Shown in pieces: positions 26,314-38,309 of a stretch of DNA of 64,000 nt. Made by a program: the position numbers and the translations under genes. The notes under the pieces are model-generated. The model ran no database searches. It saw nothing but the letters and a program-made list of their open reading frames with translations, and was not told the origin of the DNA. This stretch comes from Octopus sinensis. Its lineage: Eukaryota. Location: positions 130,076,001-130,140,000 of the forward strand of contig NC_042998.1 in NCBI RefSeq assembly GCF_006345805.1, read 5' to 3'. How positions within the stretch are numbered: position 1 is the stretch's first letter; every line of letters begins with the position of its first letter.

Positions 26314-26543
26314 TTATAGCCAAGCTATTATGGCAGTCCACAAATATAGGACTAAAGCTGCCGTTGATTAGCTCCAAGAGGCCATCGCCTCTAGCTAGCT
26401 ATATGACACAGGAACCTTTGTCCATTATAAGCTTCGAACAGAGGAAGTCAGCCGCTTCCCCTTGCTGGTCAGGCATCTGTAGACCTGTTTCGGGGTATTT
26501 GTCCTTTATCAATGCAGAGTAGCCAAGGCCAGCAAGGTATATA

Positions 26544-26960
26544 CTCTTTACTCTCTTTTACTCTTTTACTTGTTTCAGTCATTTTACTGCGGCCATGCTG
26601 GAGCACCGCCTTTTAGTCGAGCAAATCGACCCCAGGACTTATTCTTTGTAAGCCCAGTACTTATTCTATCGGTCTCTTTTGCCGAACCGCTAAGTGACGG
26701 GGACGTAAACACACCAGCATCAGTTGTCAAGCAATGTTAGGGAGACAAACACAGACACACAAACACATACACACACATCTATACATACTTATATACGACA
26801 GGCTTCTTTCAGTTTCTGTCTACCAAATCCACTCACAAGGCATTGGTCGGCCCGGGGCTATAGCAGAAGACACTTGCCCAAGATGCCACGCAGTGGGACT
26901 GAACCCAGAACCATGTGGTTGGTTAGCAAGCTACTTACCACACAGCCACTCCTGCGCCTA
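26544..26960 (-). mobile_element. SINE family A, full length
   Basis: Head, A/B boxes, body and (CTCTTTTA)n tail. Confidence 0.92.
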
Positions 26961-27585
26961 TATATATATATTTCACTTTGAGCTGGGAAATGAACGGAAT
27001 GCCTGGTGTGTGTCTTGCTGTGGCTACCCGCTCCTAAGAAAATGGGGAATACGCCTGGGTATATGTATATGTATACAGACACGCGCGTGCACGCACACGC
27101 ACACGAGTTATATCGTTTTGCATGTTCCAAAATACAAGAGTTGAACAAACAACTAACAATTGTTCAGTCTAAGTACGTTTATATGACACGAATAAAAAGA
27201 ATGACGATATTCAGTCATATTTTACTTTTTGGGGCTTCGTATAATATCGAAAGAATTTTATTTGGCTCATTACAGAGGAGGTTTCCTATTGATTTCCTTT
27301 GAGTTTTACTCATTCCTGCGTGATTAATTGAACTCAATCCGTTTGAAGCTTTCTACATAGTTCCCTTCTACCAAATTCTACACCCAAAGCGTTGGTTAAT
27401 CTAGTTTTAATGCAGCAGGGGCGAACGTAGGGCAACACTTTCCTCGAAGTGAATTTCATTGCCACACAATCCATACTGAATCTATATTATAAACGTAAAA
27501 GATTCAGTGACTATGTAAGAAATACTATAGAAAACATAAATATTCTTGGAATGCTACATAAATACTGATAATTTTTTATTCATTT

Positions 27586-27868
27586 ATGTGTCCTTTTCAA
27601 GCCTAGCCAGGCTCATGGGCCCGGTTTCCCGGTTTCTGTGGCGTATGTGTTTCCCCCAGCTGGACGGGACGCCAGTCCATGGCAGCGTTACTCAAGAAAC
27701 GGAAAAGAGAGTGTGAGAAAGTTGGGGCGAAAGAGTACAACAGGGGAGCCTCGTAGTGCTTTAGATGTTTTCGCTCAATAAACACACACAACGCCCGGTC
27801 TGGGAATCGAAACCGCGATCCTCCGACCGCGAGTCCGATGCCCTAACCAATGGGCCATTGCGCCTCCA
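27586..27868 (-). mobile_element. tRNA-headed SINE family C
   Basis: Minus strand TGGAGGCGCAATGGCCCATTGGTTAGGG ... GTTTCGATTCCC; homologous to 54695-54998. Confidence 0.85.
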
Positions 27869-28713
27869 CAAATACCGATGGTGGATACTTCAAAATAAAT
27901 TGAGCATTAGAGATATCAGAGAGGAGGGAGGACATTCGTAGGATTAGTTAAAAGTCACTGTTGCTGAGTGACTTCATGCTAATTAGCCAAATTATCATAC
28001 TTTCCATGGATCCTGGGTTGTCAGCGTATGCAGCAGTGGCTCCGCCCCAGTTATAACATCAATACTCCATTGTTATTCTCCACTGTTCTCTTATAGTATT
28101 ATTCAGTTTTGTGCGTTCAGTGTTGTTCTGGCTCTCTGTAGGAATAACGAAATCTGTAATGAAGATGTTGAAATATATGGTCACAGGCAAAATAATGATG
28201 AAAAGACATAACATTTGTATACATTATGAAAGTTCTTGATTCATGTTCCCTTTTTGAAGTTGCGGCTGGGGAAACGGCAAATATTTTTTTGTTTATGAAT
28301 TTGATTCTCCTAAAGAATTAATAAAATATGCGTAAAGAGTTTTTGAATAAAGTAGCAAAACAAACTGGGTTGAAAAAGATTATACTTCCTTCCTTAATGT
28401 CTTTCACATTTTGCCGCTTGTATTGTAGTTCCGAAGAAAAATAAAAAAACACATTTTTCATTTAAGTGAAAATGGGTCACTAGTGAGAAACTTAACAATG
28501 TGATATCACTGCACAGTTTCCTGCAAAGTTGTTGTATTCGTTTGAATTGTAGCAGAGTTTGATGTATTGTAAAAAAGTAATTACCCTTCCTGCTTTAATT
28601 GCTTTGTTGCTTGGCGTCATGAATGAGAAACCAGTTTGAAAGATTCAACAGATAAAGTATGTTAAAAATACTTTCTTTCAATATGCTGAGGGAAGATTTT
28701 ACTTTCTAATAAA

Positions 28714-28762
<49 letters not shown>

Positions 28763-28814
28763 CGAAGCTCTTGAATCTATCTCGGTCATCTGTGTAGTGA
28801 ACCAGATATTAGTC

Positions 28815-28960
28815 AAAAAGGTATAGCTGAATTGTTAGTACGCTGACAAAATACTTAGCGGTATTTCTCCCGTCTTTACATTCTGGGTTCAAATTTCACT
28901 GAAGTTAGTTTTGCCTTTCACATTTCGTGGTCAATAATCGACTATTTCCTCCCACAAGAT
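28815..28960 (+). mobile_element. SINE family B, old and internally deleted
   Basis: CTTAGCGGTATTTC...TTCTGGGTTCAAATT...TTTGCCTTTCA. Confidence 0.6.
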
Positions 28961-29290
28961 TCTTCTACTTTACTGCTAAACACAACACCTATTTTCGAAG
29001 GTGTGAAATAAGTCTTGTTTACAACCGTTTGTTGCGGTTTCTTTCGTTTAAACATTGTTTCAGATTGTTAATAGAAACACTAGGGACCCGGCATTGAAAT
29101 TCTGTGTTTGTTTAGACCCTGGCGGGGCTATATTCGGCCCAAATAAATTCGATGGGCATTTTAATACAATATAGATAAACAAGATGGCAGAACGCATCTT
29201 GGAAGATTTAAGAAAAAAAAAAAACACCACTCCTCAAAAAATGTTTTTGAATACTGAAGATTTCCCTTCCCTCAGCTACTGATAACATTA

Positions 29291-29529
29291 CCTATTTCTT
29301 TATTACCCACAAGGAGCTAAACATAGAGGGGACAAACAAGGACAGACATAGGTATTAAGTCGATTACATCGACCCCAGTGCGTAACTGGTACTTAATTTA
29401 TCGACCTCTAAAGGATGAAAAGCAAAGTCGACCTCGGTGGAATTTGAACTCACAACGTAACGGCAGACGAAATACGGCTACGCATTTCGCCCGGCGTGCT
29501 AACGTATCTGCCAGCTCGCCGCCTTCCTA
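29291..29529 (-). mobile_element. tRNA-headed SINE family B, tail type B1, with 11-bp TSD
   Basis: Head GGCGGCGAGCTGGCAGA, B box GAGTTCAAATTCC; TGATAACATTA duplicated at 29280-29290 and 29530-29540. Confidence 0.9.
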
Positions 29530-29718
29530 TGATAACATTATGATATCATTACCGGAAAGTGGGAGGAGGAAATGAAGGGCACCAAAGTTCAAAGACCACC
29601 TCATAGTAGCAGCAGTGAAAGTATTGGCAACAACATTGACGGCAATGATAGCGGTGGCGACGGCGACAGCAGTGGTGACGGCGGTGACAGTAATGGTGGC
29701 GGTAATGACAGCAGCGGC

Positions 29719-29775
<57 letters not shown>

Positions 29776-30044
29776 GACAGCAACACAATTCAGAACGATG
29801 GATGTCAGCAGAGAAAATAATACTACAATTGAAGGCGGTGACGGCGATGTGAAGGGTGGCAACAATGGAAGTGACCCACAACACCACCACCACCATCACC
29901 ACTAACAGCAAATACAGTAGCAATAAAAACAGCAACAACAAAAACAATAAGTTTGGTGATGTTGGAAACACAAAACAGGAAATGTTTATATTTATTTTCG
30001 AGGACAAAATTCGAGAACTTTCAAAAACAAAAGACATCATCAAA

Positions 30045-31058
30045 GTTCTCGTGGGTAGGGCATCAGTGCTCGTAACTCCCAAAATAAGAAAGGCAGGTGT
30101 GGTTGCCGTTCGTCAAACAGGTCTTTCCGCAGCTCATCTCATTGACGGAGCTACAGTCCTGGGCCAAGCGCATGCCAAGAAAGGGCACTTGACACCTAGA
30201 GTATAGGCAAGTGCTCAGAGCTTTCTGCCAGTCGAGCAACCCGGTCAGTGGAAGTCCATCATGGTGTTCTATAGGTAATTAGTGGAGGGAAAGACCGACA
30301 ATGTACTCGGGGAATCTCTGGGCCTCGACAGGGATCAACTAACTGGTCTTTTCCAGAGGTTTTTCGGGCTGGTGCCTATAAATAACTTCCAGAAATTCCT
30401 GGTCTGTCAGTGTTACGGGGTGCTCTACCGGTTCGGGACAAGCTCTATTGAATGGGAAAGTGCTGTCAGACGGACATGTCCGAGGTTTGCACAGAGCAAT
30501 GAAGCCGTTCTGCATGCACTTGTCCAGTGTCCATACATTACTGGCCAGTGGAGCTTTGTCGAACAGCTATTGTCACGTGTAGGACGGGTCCGGGTATCAG
30601 CCGAGTCCATTGTGAAGATCGTATCGCCGCCTTCTTTTGGTCGGGAGGGAAAAGCAGTTTCAAGTTCTACTTGAAAAGGACAGTGAAGGTAGAGAAGGAA
30701 GTACTGCACCCCCAGTAAGTTTGTTAAAAGGTGTGTAGATGTTGTGAAAATGGCTCGTGTGGATGGGTCTAGTCTGAATAATCGTCTGTAAGCCGGAGTA
30801 GTTGAGGGGGAGTTGGGTGCCTACCTGGTGTGCCCTTGACAGTCGGGATGACCAGAATGTGTAGGGTGCCTGGTTGGCCCGAGATGGAATTTACCCGTAT
30901 TGGGGAATTCTGTTGTTTAATTTTTATTGTTAACTGTTTTATTGTTTTCGTTTTTATTCTTTACACGTTTTCTTTTTTTTAATTCCACTTGTCCCTTGTT
31001 TTTTTTTATATTGTCCCTATATATTTTTGTGTTCAACCCTTGTGGCCAGTAAAAAAAA
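30045..31058 (+). mobile_element. L1/Tx1-clade LINE, 5'-truncated 3' end with poly(A)
   Basis: ORF2 C-terminal CCHC knuckle remnant TCPRFAQSNEAVLHALVQCPYITGQWSFVEQ; T-rich 3' UTR; A8 tail at 31051-31058. Confidence 0.8.
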
Positions 31059-31070
31059 CATCATTATTAT

Positions 31071-31255
31071 AATGCTTAGCGGTATTTTGTCTGCTGCTAC
31101 GTTCTGAGTTCAAATTCCGCCGAGGTCGACTTTGATTTTCATCCTTTCGGGGTCAATAAATCAAGTACCAATTACGCACTGAGGTCGTTATATTCGACTT
31201 TCCTCCTTCCCAAATTTCAGGCCTTGTGCCTATAGCAAAAAGGATTATTATTATT
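31071..31255 (+). mobile_element. SINE family B, 5'-truncated, tail type B2
   Basis: GCTTAGCGGTATTT...GAGTTCAAATTCCGCCGAGGTCGAC...CAGGCCTTGTGCC...GGATTATT. Confidence 0.85.
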
Positions 31256-31267
31256 ATTATTATTATT

Positions 31268-31564
31268 GAGTGAGAGAGAGGAGTGCGTGACATCAAAGTG
31301 ACACTAGGATAACATATACGAAACCCAATACAACCATCATGACTGCGTCAGATAAGGGAATACTAGGCTCATGCATCACAACAATATGTGTCCGACATAG
31401 TAATCTCATATCAAGATAAACAGTGCATTATCTTGCAGGTGGGTCCCAGTTAGAATTTTCTTCAGGCTGAGAAGCCTATTGCACTCAAAATGTCCCTCGA
31501 TGAGGGTTGTTTAAGGATGAAGATCAGAAGCCATTAGAGCCACTGCCTGGTACTGCATCAGGGC
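31268..31564 (-). mobile_element. Unclassified repeat family E, internally deleted copy
   Basis: Both termini match 39945-40498; middle missing; flanked by (ATT)n on both sides. Confidence 0.8.
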
Positions 31565-31639
31565 ATTAATTATTATTATTGTTATTTTTTTCCCTAGTTT
31601 CTTTAAATTTTCTTCCATTTCTCGCCGAGTGTTTTCTAT

Positions 31640-31785
31640 TCTTCTTCTTCTTTTTCTTCTTCTTCTTCTTCTTCTTCTTCTTCTTCTTCTTCTTCTTCTT
31701 CTTCTCCTTCTTCTTCTTCTTCTTCTTCTTCTTCTTCTCTTCTTCTTCTTCTTCTTCTTCTTCTTCTCTTATTATTATTATTATT
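31640..31785. repeat. (CTT)n then (TTA)n microsatellite
   Basis: Direct reading. Confidence 0.95.
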
Positions 31786-32575
31786 GGCCTACAATTCACG
31801 ACAAAATACGCTTTCGACAAAACAGTTGTTCCCGCAAAGCAAGTTAAATAAAATTTGAGATTTTGCGGAGATTCAAAGTTGATATACACTCACAGACTCA
31901 CACACGCGCGCGCGCGCACATACAGACACACACACACACACACTCACACATTTAGTTTTATTCCTATTATCACCTGTAATATATCGTTAATTTGGACAAA
32001 TGTAAACACGTTCACGTTAAAGAGCTTCTTCATCTTCTTTTTCTTCTTCTTCTTCTCTTCTTCTTCTTCTTCTTCTTCTTCTTCTTCTACAGCTTCGCCC
32101 CTCTCCTTTTTTTAGTTTAGCTGTTGCTACTTAAACCATCAAACTCCAGAACCAAATATATTACTCTGCACCCATAAATCGTCAGATCTGCTACTATCTA
32201 CGGAGACATCACAAAAGAAGAGAGAGAGAGAGAGAAGGAAAATGTCCTGCCTATTTGAATACTGGAAATATTTACAAAATATTTCATTTAAACTTTTGTT
32301 CAATTTAATTGACTTTGTTTTACTCTGAGATGAAAAAGTCAGTTCTTTCAATAGAAAGTGATGAGTTGATTCTTGGTCTTTAAAAATGGCAAAACCAGGT
32401 GGCTACTCTAAGGGGAGGTGGAGCTCTTGTTTTGATAAAAGTTATTTTTAAAAAATTGTCTGGATTTATTATCATTGTCATCATCAATAATTGTGGTGCA
32501 CCTGAGCACTGTATGCAATAATTTCATAATTATTATTATATTATCATTGTCCAATGAGAGAGAGAGAGAGATAGA

Positions 32576-32647
<72 letters not shown>

Positions 32648-33334
32648 ATGTGTGTATATGTATATATATATATCCAACACAACTATTTAAAAAAAGTCTA
32701 TACATCTATACATTTGGACGTCGGCACACGCACTCACACACCCATAATACCCCAGCCCCCTCAATAATGATATGCTATTAGGAAGCTCAATTTGCAGTCA
32801 CATGGCTTCCGGTTCGGTTTCCCTGTGCGGCGACTTGGTGAAGTGTCACTCTACGAACTTTCAGACCGATTAATTATTGCCTTTGAGTGCTAGACAAAAC
32901 CTCTCTGGAAGCTCGTCGTATACATGTGGATATTTGCGTGCTTTTCGTGCGTGTGCCTTTTAGTACGTGTGTGTGTGAGAGTGAGAGAGAAGGTGTGTGT
33001 GTGTGTATGTGTATTTGTTTGTTTGTTTGTGTGTGAGTGCACGCGCTTGTGTGTGTGTGTACATTCTTGTTTTTGTGAATTCACCGCTTGACAAGCCTTG
33101 TGCTACTAGTGTCAAGCTAATTTTGTCTGAGAATTATGTTAAGGGTACACGCGTGCTTGTGAGGTGTTCGGTCGCTTTAACATTAATTAGCCAGCACATA
33201 AGTCAGTTAAGCGAACAATTGAATTCTAAATGCCGAACGACGGTGATCTGTTGCAAAAAAAAACACAAAAACAAAAAAACAACTTATCACTACCACCGTC
33301 GAATTTATGTATGTGTGCATTGAAAAAGATTGAG

Positions 33335-33672
33335 AGATTGAGAGAGAGAGAAAAAAAAGTGAGGTTGAGAGTGGCTGAGAGAGAGAGGAAGATAGTGAGT
33401 GGTAAAGGGAGAGAGAGGTGGTGAGATAAAAAGAAGGAAAAAGAAAGAGAGAGTGAGAAAGAACGAAAAAAAGGGAGAAAATGGGTGATAGAGAAAGAAC
33501 AAAGGAGAGGGCGAGAGAGAAAGAGAGTGGGTCAGAAACAAAGAAAGAAAGAAAGAAGAGAAAGAGAGTGTAAGAGGGCGTGAGAGAAAGAAAGAGCAAG
33601 TGAGAGAGGGGTGAGAGAAAGAAAAAGTGAGAGGGGGTGTGAAAGAAAGAGGAAGGTGACAGAGACATATAT

Positions 33673-33715
<43 letters not shown>

Positions 33716-33753
33716 TATATATATAGATAGATAGATAGATAGGTGGATGGATG

Positions 33754-33795
<42 letters not shown>

Positions 33796-33830
33796 GAAAG
33801 TGAGAAAGAGAGAAGAACATTAAAGAGAAG
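33335..33830. repeat. GA-rich low complexity, then (TA)n and (GATA)n
   Basis: Direct reading. Confidence 0.9.
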
Positions 33831-34135
33831 AGAGACGGTAGGTACTTTTTTCTTAAGAATAGAAGAATTAGATAGTGCTTCGTAGAAAATTAGGATAAAA
33901 CAAATTATCTAGATATCCATGCTCCTACTTTATTTTCAAAGCCATCGCTCTTATAATTTATATATTTCTTTAGCGTACTCCTAGTTTATTCCTATATTTA
34001 CGTTTTTATAATTTCTATTTTATGCTTTTGGTTTTTGAATTTTATTTACATTTTGTTATATTTGTAAGCGTGTTCTAAATTACTTGTGTGTGTATATATA
34101 TATTATATATATATATATATATAATATATATATAT

Positions 34136-34494
34136 TACTCTTTTACTCTTTTACTTGTTTCAGTCATTTGACTGCGGCCATGCTGGAGCACCGCCTTTAG
34201 TCGAGCAAATCGACCCCGGGACTTATTCTTTGTAAGCCCAGTACTTATTCTATCGGTCTCTTTTGCCGAACCGCTAAGTGACGGGGACATAAACGCTAGG
34301 GGGACAAATACAGACACACACACACACATATACATACATATATATGTTTCCGTCTACCAAATCCACTCACAAGGCATTGGTCAGCCCGGGGCTATAGCAG
34401 AAGACACTTGCCCAAGATGCCACGCAGTGGGACTGAACCCGGAACCATGTGGTTGGTTAGCAAGCTACTTACCATACAGCCACTCCTGCGCCTA
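34136..34494 (-). mobile_element. SINE family A with small internal deletions
   Basis: Near-identical head and tail to 26544-26960. Confidence 0.92.
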
Positions 34495-34905
34495 TATATA
34501 TATATATATATATTTAACAATCTTACGGCAAGTCTATAGAGAGTAAGAGATACGTAAACAGATAGATTGATAAAAGTAACATTATGTATAACGTGAAACG
34601 GATTATAAAAGAGCGCAAATTATATAGAGGGAGAGGCAGAGAGAGAGAGAGAGAGGGAGAGGCAGAGAGGGGAAGGCAGAGAGGGAGAGGTAGAGAGGCT
34701 GAGTGGGAGAGATATGAATGAGTAAGAAAGAAAGAGAGATTAAGATAAATTAAGAAAATGTGGGAGGAGGAGAAGAGTTGGGGGAGAGTATATCAGACAC
34801 ATTTTATTTGAGAGTGTTTATTGTATATTCGTGTTATAGTCCACTCCCATCTGTTACCGCAGCCGTTGTTTTGCGTCCTTTTGACATGACTCCCAACATA
34901 AAGAA

Positions 34906-35003
34906 ATGGCAGCTATGACAAGTTCCATATTGTCATGCATGTTTATTATACATGTATGGAACTGCTTTATAGACTTATTTAATGTCAACAAGACGTCCTT
35001 AAG
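34906..35003 (+). CDS. Candidate first coding exon (MAAMTSSILSCMFIIHVWNCFIDLFNVNKTSLR), product unknown
   Basis: ATG in AGAAATGG context, 32 open codons plus 2 nt, AAG|GTAAAG donor, phase-compatible with the 35237 microexon. Confidence 0.45.
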
Positions 35004-35236
35004 GTAAAGCAATTGTGTCGAGCGTACTGGGTGCGCTGCTATAGGGAGGGGTAAGGCTTGTGTTTATGCAATAAAAGGTACGAGTATGAATTGACTTAAT
35101 AAAACTCGGTTACAGTGTGCATGTGGTGTATGTTGTGTTAGTCTCCTAAGTTGTAGAGTTAATTAGGGGTGGGCACGACGCTTTGACTGCTGATTTTTAC
35201 TGTTATCACCGAACTTTTTCCCCTTCGGTCTCGTAG

Positions 35237-35273
35237 ACCAAAGAGTAAAATTGCTCCAGCCAGAAACGTCCAG
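35237..35273 (+). CDS. Candidate 37-nt exon (PKSKIAPARNVQ, phase 2 to 0)
   Basis: ACTTTTTCCCCTTCGGTCTCGTAG| acceptor, CAG|GTTTGT donor. Confidence 0.45.
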
Positions 35274-35578
35274 GTTTGTTATCTTTTTGTCCTTTTCTTT
35301 AGACAGTGTATCCCCTGATTACATTACTGATTGTTCTCTTAATAAGCAGGTAGAATGGGATGTGAGACAAATTTGTTCGGTATTTCTAGTACGTCTGTAT
35401 CTCGTTTGCTTCTATTTTGTCTATAAGAAGTGGTAGTGCTGTTGGGGCTGTTGTTCTTGTTGTTTTCGCTGCTGTTATAGTAGAGCAGAATAGCTCTGGG
35501 GTCGATGTAATCGACTTTCATCCTCTTCCGAACATGCTAGCCTTGTGCCGAAATTTGAAATCTCATTATTATTCTTAT

Positions 35579-35792
35579 TAAGGCGGGGAGCTGGCAGAAT
35601 CTTTAGCATGCCGGGCAAAGTGCTTAAGAGTATTTCTTCCGTCTGAGTTCAAATTCCGCCGAGCTCGACTTTGGTTTTCATCATTTCGGGTTCGATAAAT
35701 TAGGTACCAGTCAAGTTCTTGGGTAGATTTGATCAACTATCTACCACCCCACAACAATTTACAGGTCTTGTGCGTTTAGCAGAAAGGATTAT
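35579..35792 (+). mobile_element. SINE family B, tail type B2
   Basis: AGGCGGGGAGCTGGCAGAA head, GAGTTCAAATTCC B box, tail GAAAGGATTATT. Confidence 0.85.
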
Positions 35793-35794
35793 TA

Positions 35795-36445
35795 TTTTCT
35801 TTACTTTTAATCTGCATATTTGTTACAGTCACTTGCCGAGGTACACCCAGTGTCCTGGGGTGAGTTAAGGATAAGAGATGTTACAGTATGACCGAAAGCT
35901 TGGGGAGGAGAGGTAGCGAAATATCTTCATGCAATACAACACAGACATTTAAATGGATATGGTTTTTCTTAGGATGTGGGCAGTATTTGTCAGTACAAAT
36001 GTTTCGACTTCTCTGAGACATGGTTCCTCGGCGAGCTTACCTAGATGTTTCTGACATCCTCATTTTTTTTAATCATACCTAGGGCACCCTACTATAACAG
36101 GAGCAGTTCACCTTTTAAGATTCCATATATTTTGTATTTCAATTCCAGGTCCTTATATTTACTCATTTGTCAAATTCCTTTAAAAATATATGTTTTATCA
36201 GTGGGAACACTTACATCTATTAGTCTACAAGTATTTTCTTCCTTGTCTTTAACAATTATGTATGCTCGATTAGCTTGGATCATTCTGTCAGTGTTGACTG
36301 GAAAATTCCAGAGGATTATGACGTTTTTACCTTCAATAACTGGTTCAGGATGATGTTCATATCAGTAAGCAGGAGTGCTGATTTGTATTCGTTCTGTTTA
36401 ACTTCTTTCCATGCAAATACTGTCCTACCCTATCGTATTATTATT
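35795..36445 (-). mobile_element. Dong/R4-type LINE 3' fragment (restriction-like endonuclease, 3' UTR)
   Basis: Minus strand RxNIIVKDKEENTCRLIDVSVPTD and PVIVGALGM; bounded by (ATT)n. Confidence 0.75.
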
Positions 36446-36451
36446 ATTTAC

Positions 36452-37312
36452 GTTTAAACTGCATGTTTGTTACAATCACTTGCCGAGACACACCCAGCGT
36501 CCTGGGCGAGTGAAGAGATGTTACAGTGTGGGGAGGAAAATTCGTAGGGGCAGTAGCGAAATAACTTCATGTAATACAACATAGACATTTAAATCGATAG
36601 GATTTTCCTAAAGATGTATGCAGTACTCCCGGTTGTCGTAGGATATTAGCTAGATATATTTAACAACCCTTTCTTATCATACCTAGGGCACCCACAATAA
36701 CAGGAACAGTTCTCGCTTTTGTATTTCAAGTTCCAGATCCTTGTACTTACTTCAGTTGCCAAATTTCTAGGCGTAGGAGTGGCTGTGTGGTAAGTAGCTT
36801 GCTTACCAACCACATGGTTCCGGATCCAGTCCCACTGCGTGGCAACTTGGACAAGCGTCTTCTACTGTAGCCTCGGGCAGACCAAAGCCTTGTGAGTGGA
36901 TTTGGTAGACGGAAACTGAAAGAAGCCCGTCGTATATATGTTGATATGCATGCATGTGTGTGTATATGTGTGTCTGTGTTTGTCCCCGAAACATCGCTTG
37001 ATAACCGATGCTGGTATGTTTACGTGCCCGTAACTTAGTGGTACGGCAAACGAGACCGATAGAATAAGTACTAGGCTTACAAAGAATAAGTCCTGGGTCG
37101 ATTTGCTCGACTAAAGGCGGTGCTCCAGCATGGCATCAGTCAAATGACTCAAAAAAGTAAAAGATAAAGAGTATGGATTTTTGTCAGTGGGAACATTTAC
37201 ATCTATTAATCTACAAGTATTTTCTAACCCGTCTTTAATGAATGTGTCTGGTCGATTACCCTGGAACGTTCTGTCGCTGTTGACTGAAAAATCTCAGAGA
37301 ATAGCACATCAC
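36452..37312 (-). mobile_element. Second Dong/R4-type 3' fragment of the same subfamily, interrupted by a SINE A
   Basis: Homologous to 35795-36445 (CATACCTAGGGCACCC, GTCAGTGGGAACA); SINE at 36768-37172. Confidence 0.75.
36768..37172 (+). mobile_element. SINE family A, full length
   Basis: TAGGCGTAGGAGTGGCTGTGTGGTAAG head through tail. Confidence 0.92.
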
Positions 37313-37380
37313 CTTGATAATAATAACAATAATAATAATAATAATAACAATAATAATAATAATAATGATAATAAATTCTT

Positions 37381-37562
37381 ACTGGTTCACATCTGCTAGG
37401 TCATGCGCTGTTTATCTTGATATAAGATCACCATGTCGCGTACATGTGGATGTGATGCAAGTGCCTGGTCTACCCCTATCAGACGGGTAGTCATGACGGG
37501 TATACTGGGCTTCGTATATTTTACTCCAGTGTCACTTTGGTGGCATGCACTGTTTTCTTACT
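37381..37562 (+). mobile_element. Repeat family E, 3' half
   Basis: Matches about 40315-40498. Confidence 0.8.
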
Positions 37563-37635
37563 AAGTAGTAGTAGTAGTAGTAGTAGTAATAATAATAATA
37601 ATGATAATAATAATAATGATAATAATAATAATAAT

Positions 37636-38188
37636 CTTGGTGTCAAGAATGATCCATTGGGAGCACTGGAAATCACGGCCTACAAAGAGCAATGATGTGG
37701 TATGAACAAACTTCAGAAGGAGTCACCGAAAAGGAGAACTGCAAAATCCTGCGGGATGCAATGATCCAGTGCGACCACCTGACCAGACATAGAAAACCGG
37801 ACATTATTGTGGTGAATAAAAAAGAAAGAACATGATTATCGAGATAGCATGCCCTGGTAACAACAGGCTCAATGTGAAATAAGAAAAATAAACAACTACA
37901 ACGATTTGAAGAGGAGAATACGAAGTATGTTGTCAGTGAAGAGAGTAGATGTGATACCAATAGTAATTAGCGCACTTGGAAGTATCAGCACTCAACTGCC
38001 AGCATGGCTGAGAAAGATCGGTGCAAGTGTGAAGGTAAAACACCTACAAAAGTCAGCATTGCTTAGAACTGCAAGAATTCTTCGCAGGGTTCTTGAACCA
38101 TGACTAGTAAACACGTGTCACCTTACTCTATTGAGTGTGGACAGCTGACACTTTCCATCATACCCAGCAAAATAAGCTGTGAGGTTTC

Positions 38189-38190
<2 letters not shown>
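37636..38190 (+). mobile_element. Dong/R4-type LINE 3' fragment
   Basis: HRKPDIIVVNKKE (PD motif of the RLE), VIPIVISALGSI...LQKSALLRTARILRRVLEP*; (AAT)n on both sides. Confidence 0.85.
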
Positions 38191-38275
<85 letters not shown>

Positions 38276-38309
38276 GGAGGAGGAGGAGGAGGAGGAAGAT
38301 GATGATGAT

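Noticed and set aside
27990-28140. Minus-strand exon-like segment with good splice sites; TGA could be recoded to TGG by editing
   Set aside because: All three frames contain stops; invoking editing has no support from sequence alone
29527-30206. Ser/Gly/Thr-rich ORFs
   Set aside because: Derived from (AGT)n and GGC/GAC-type low-complexity repeats; no splice or homology support
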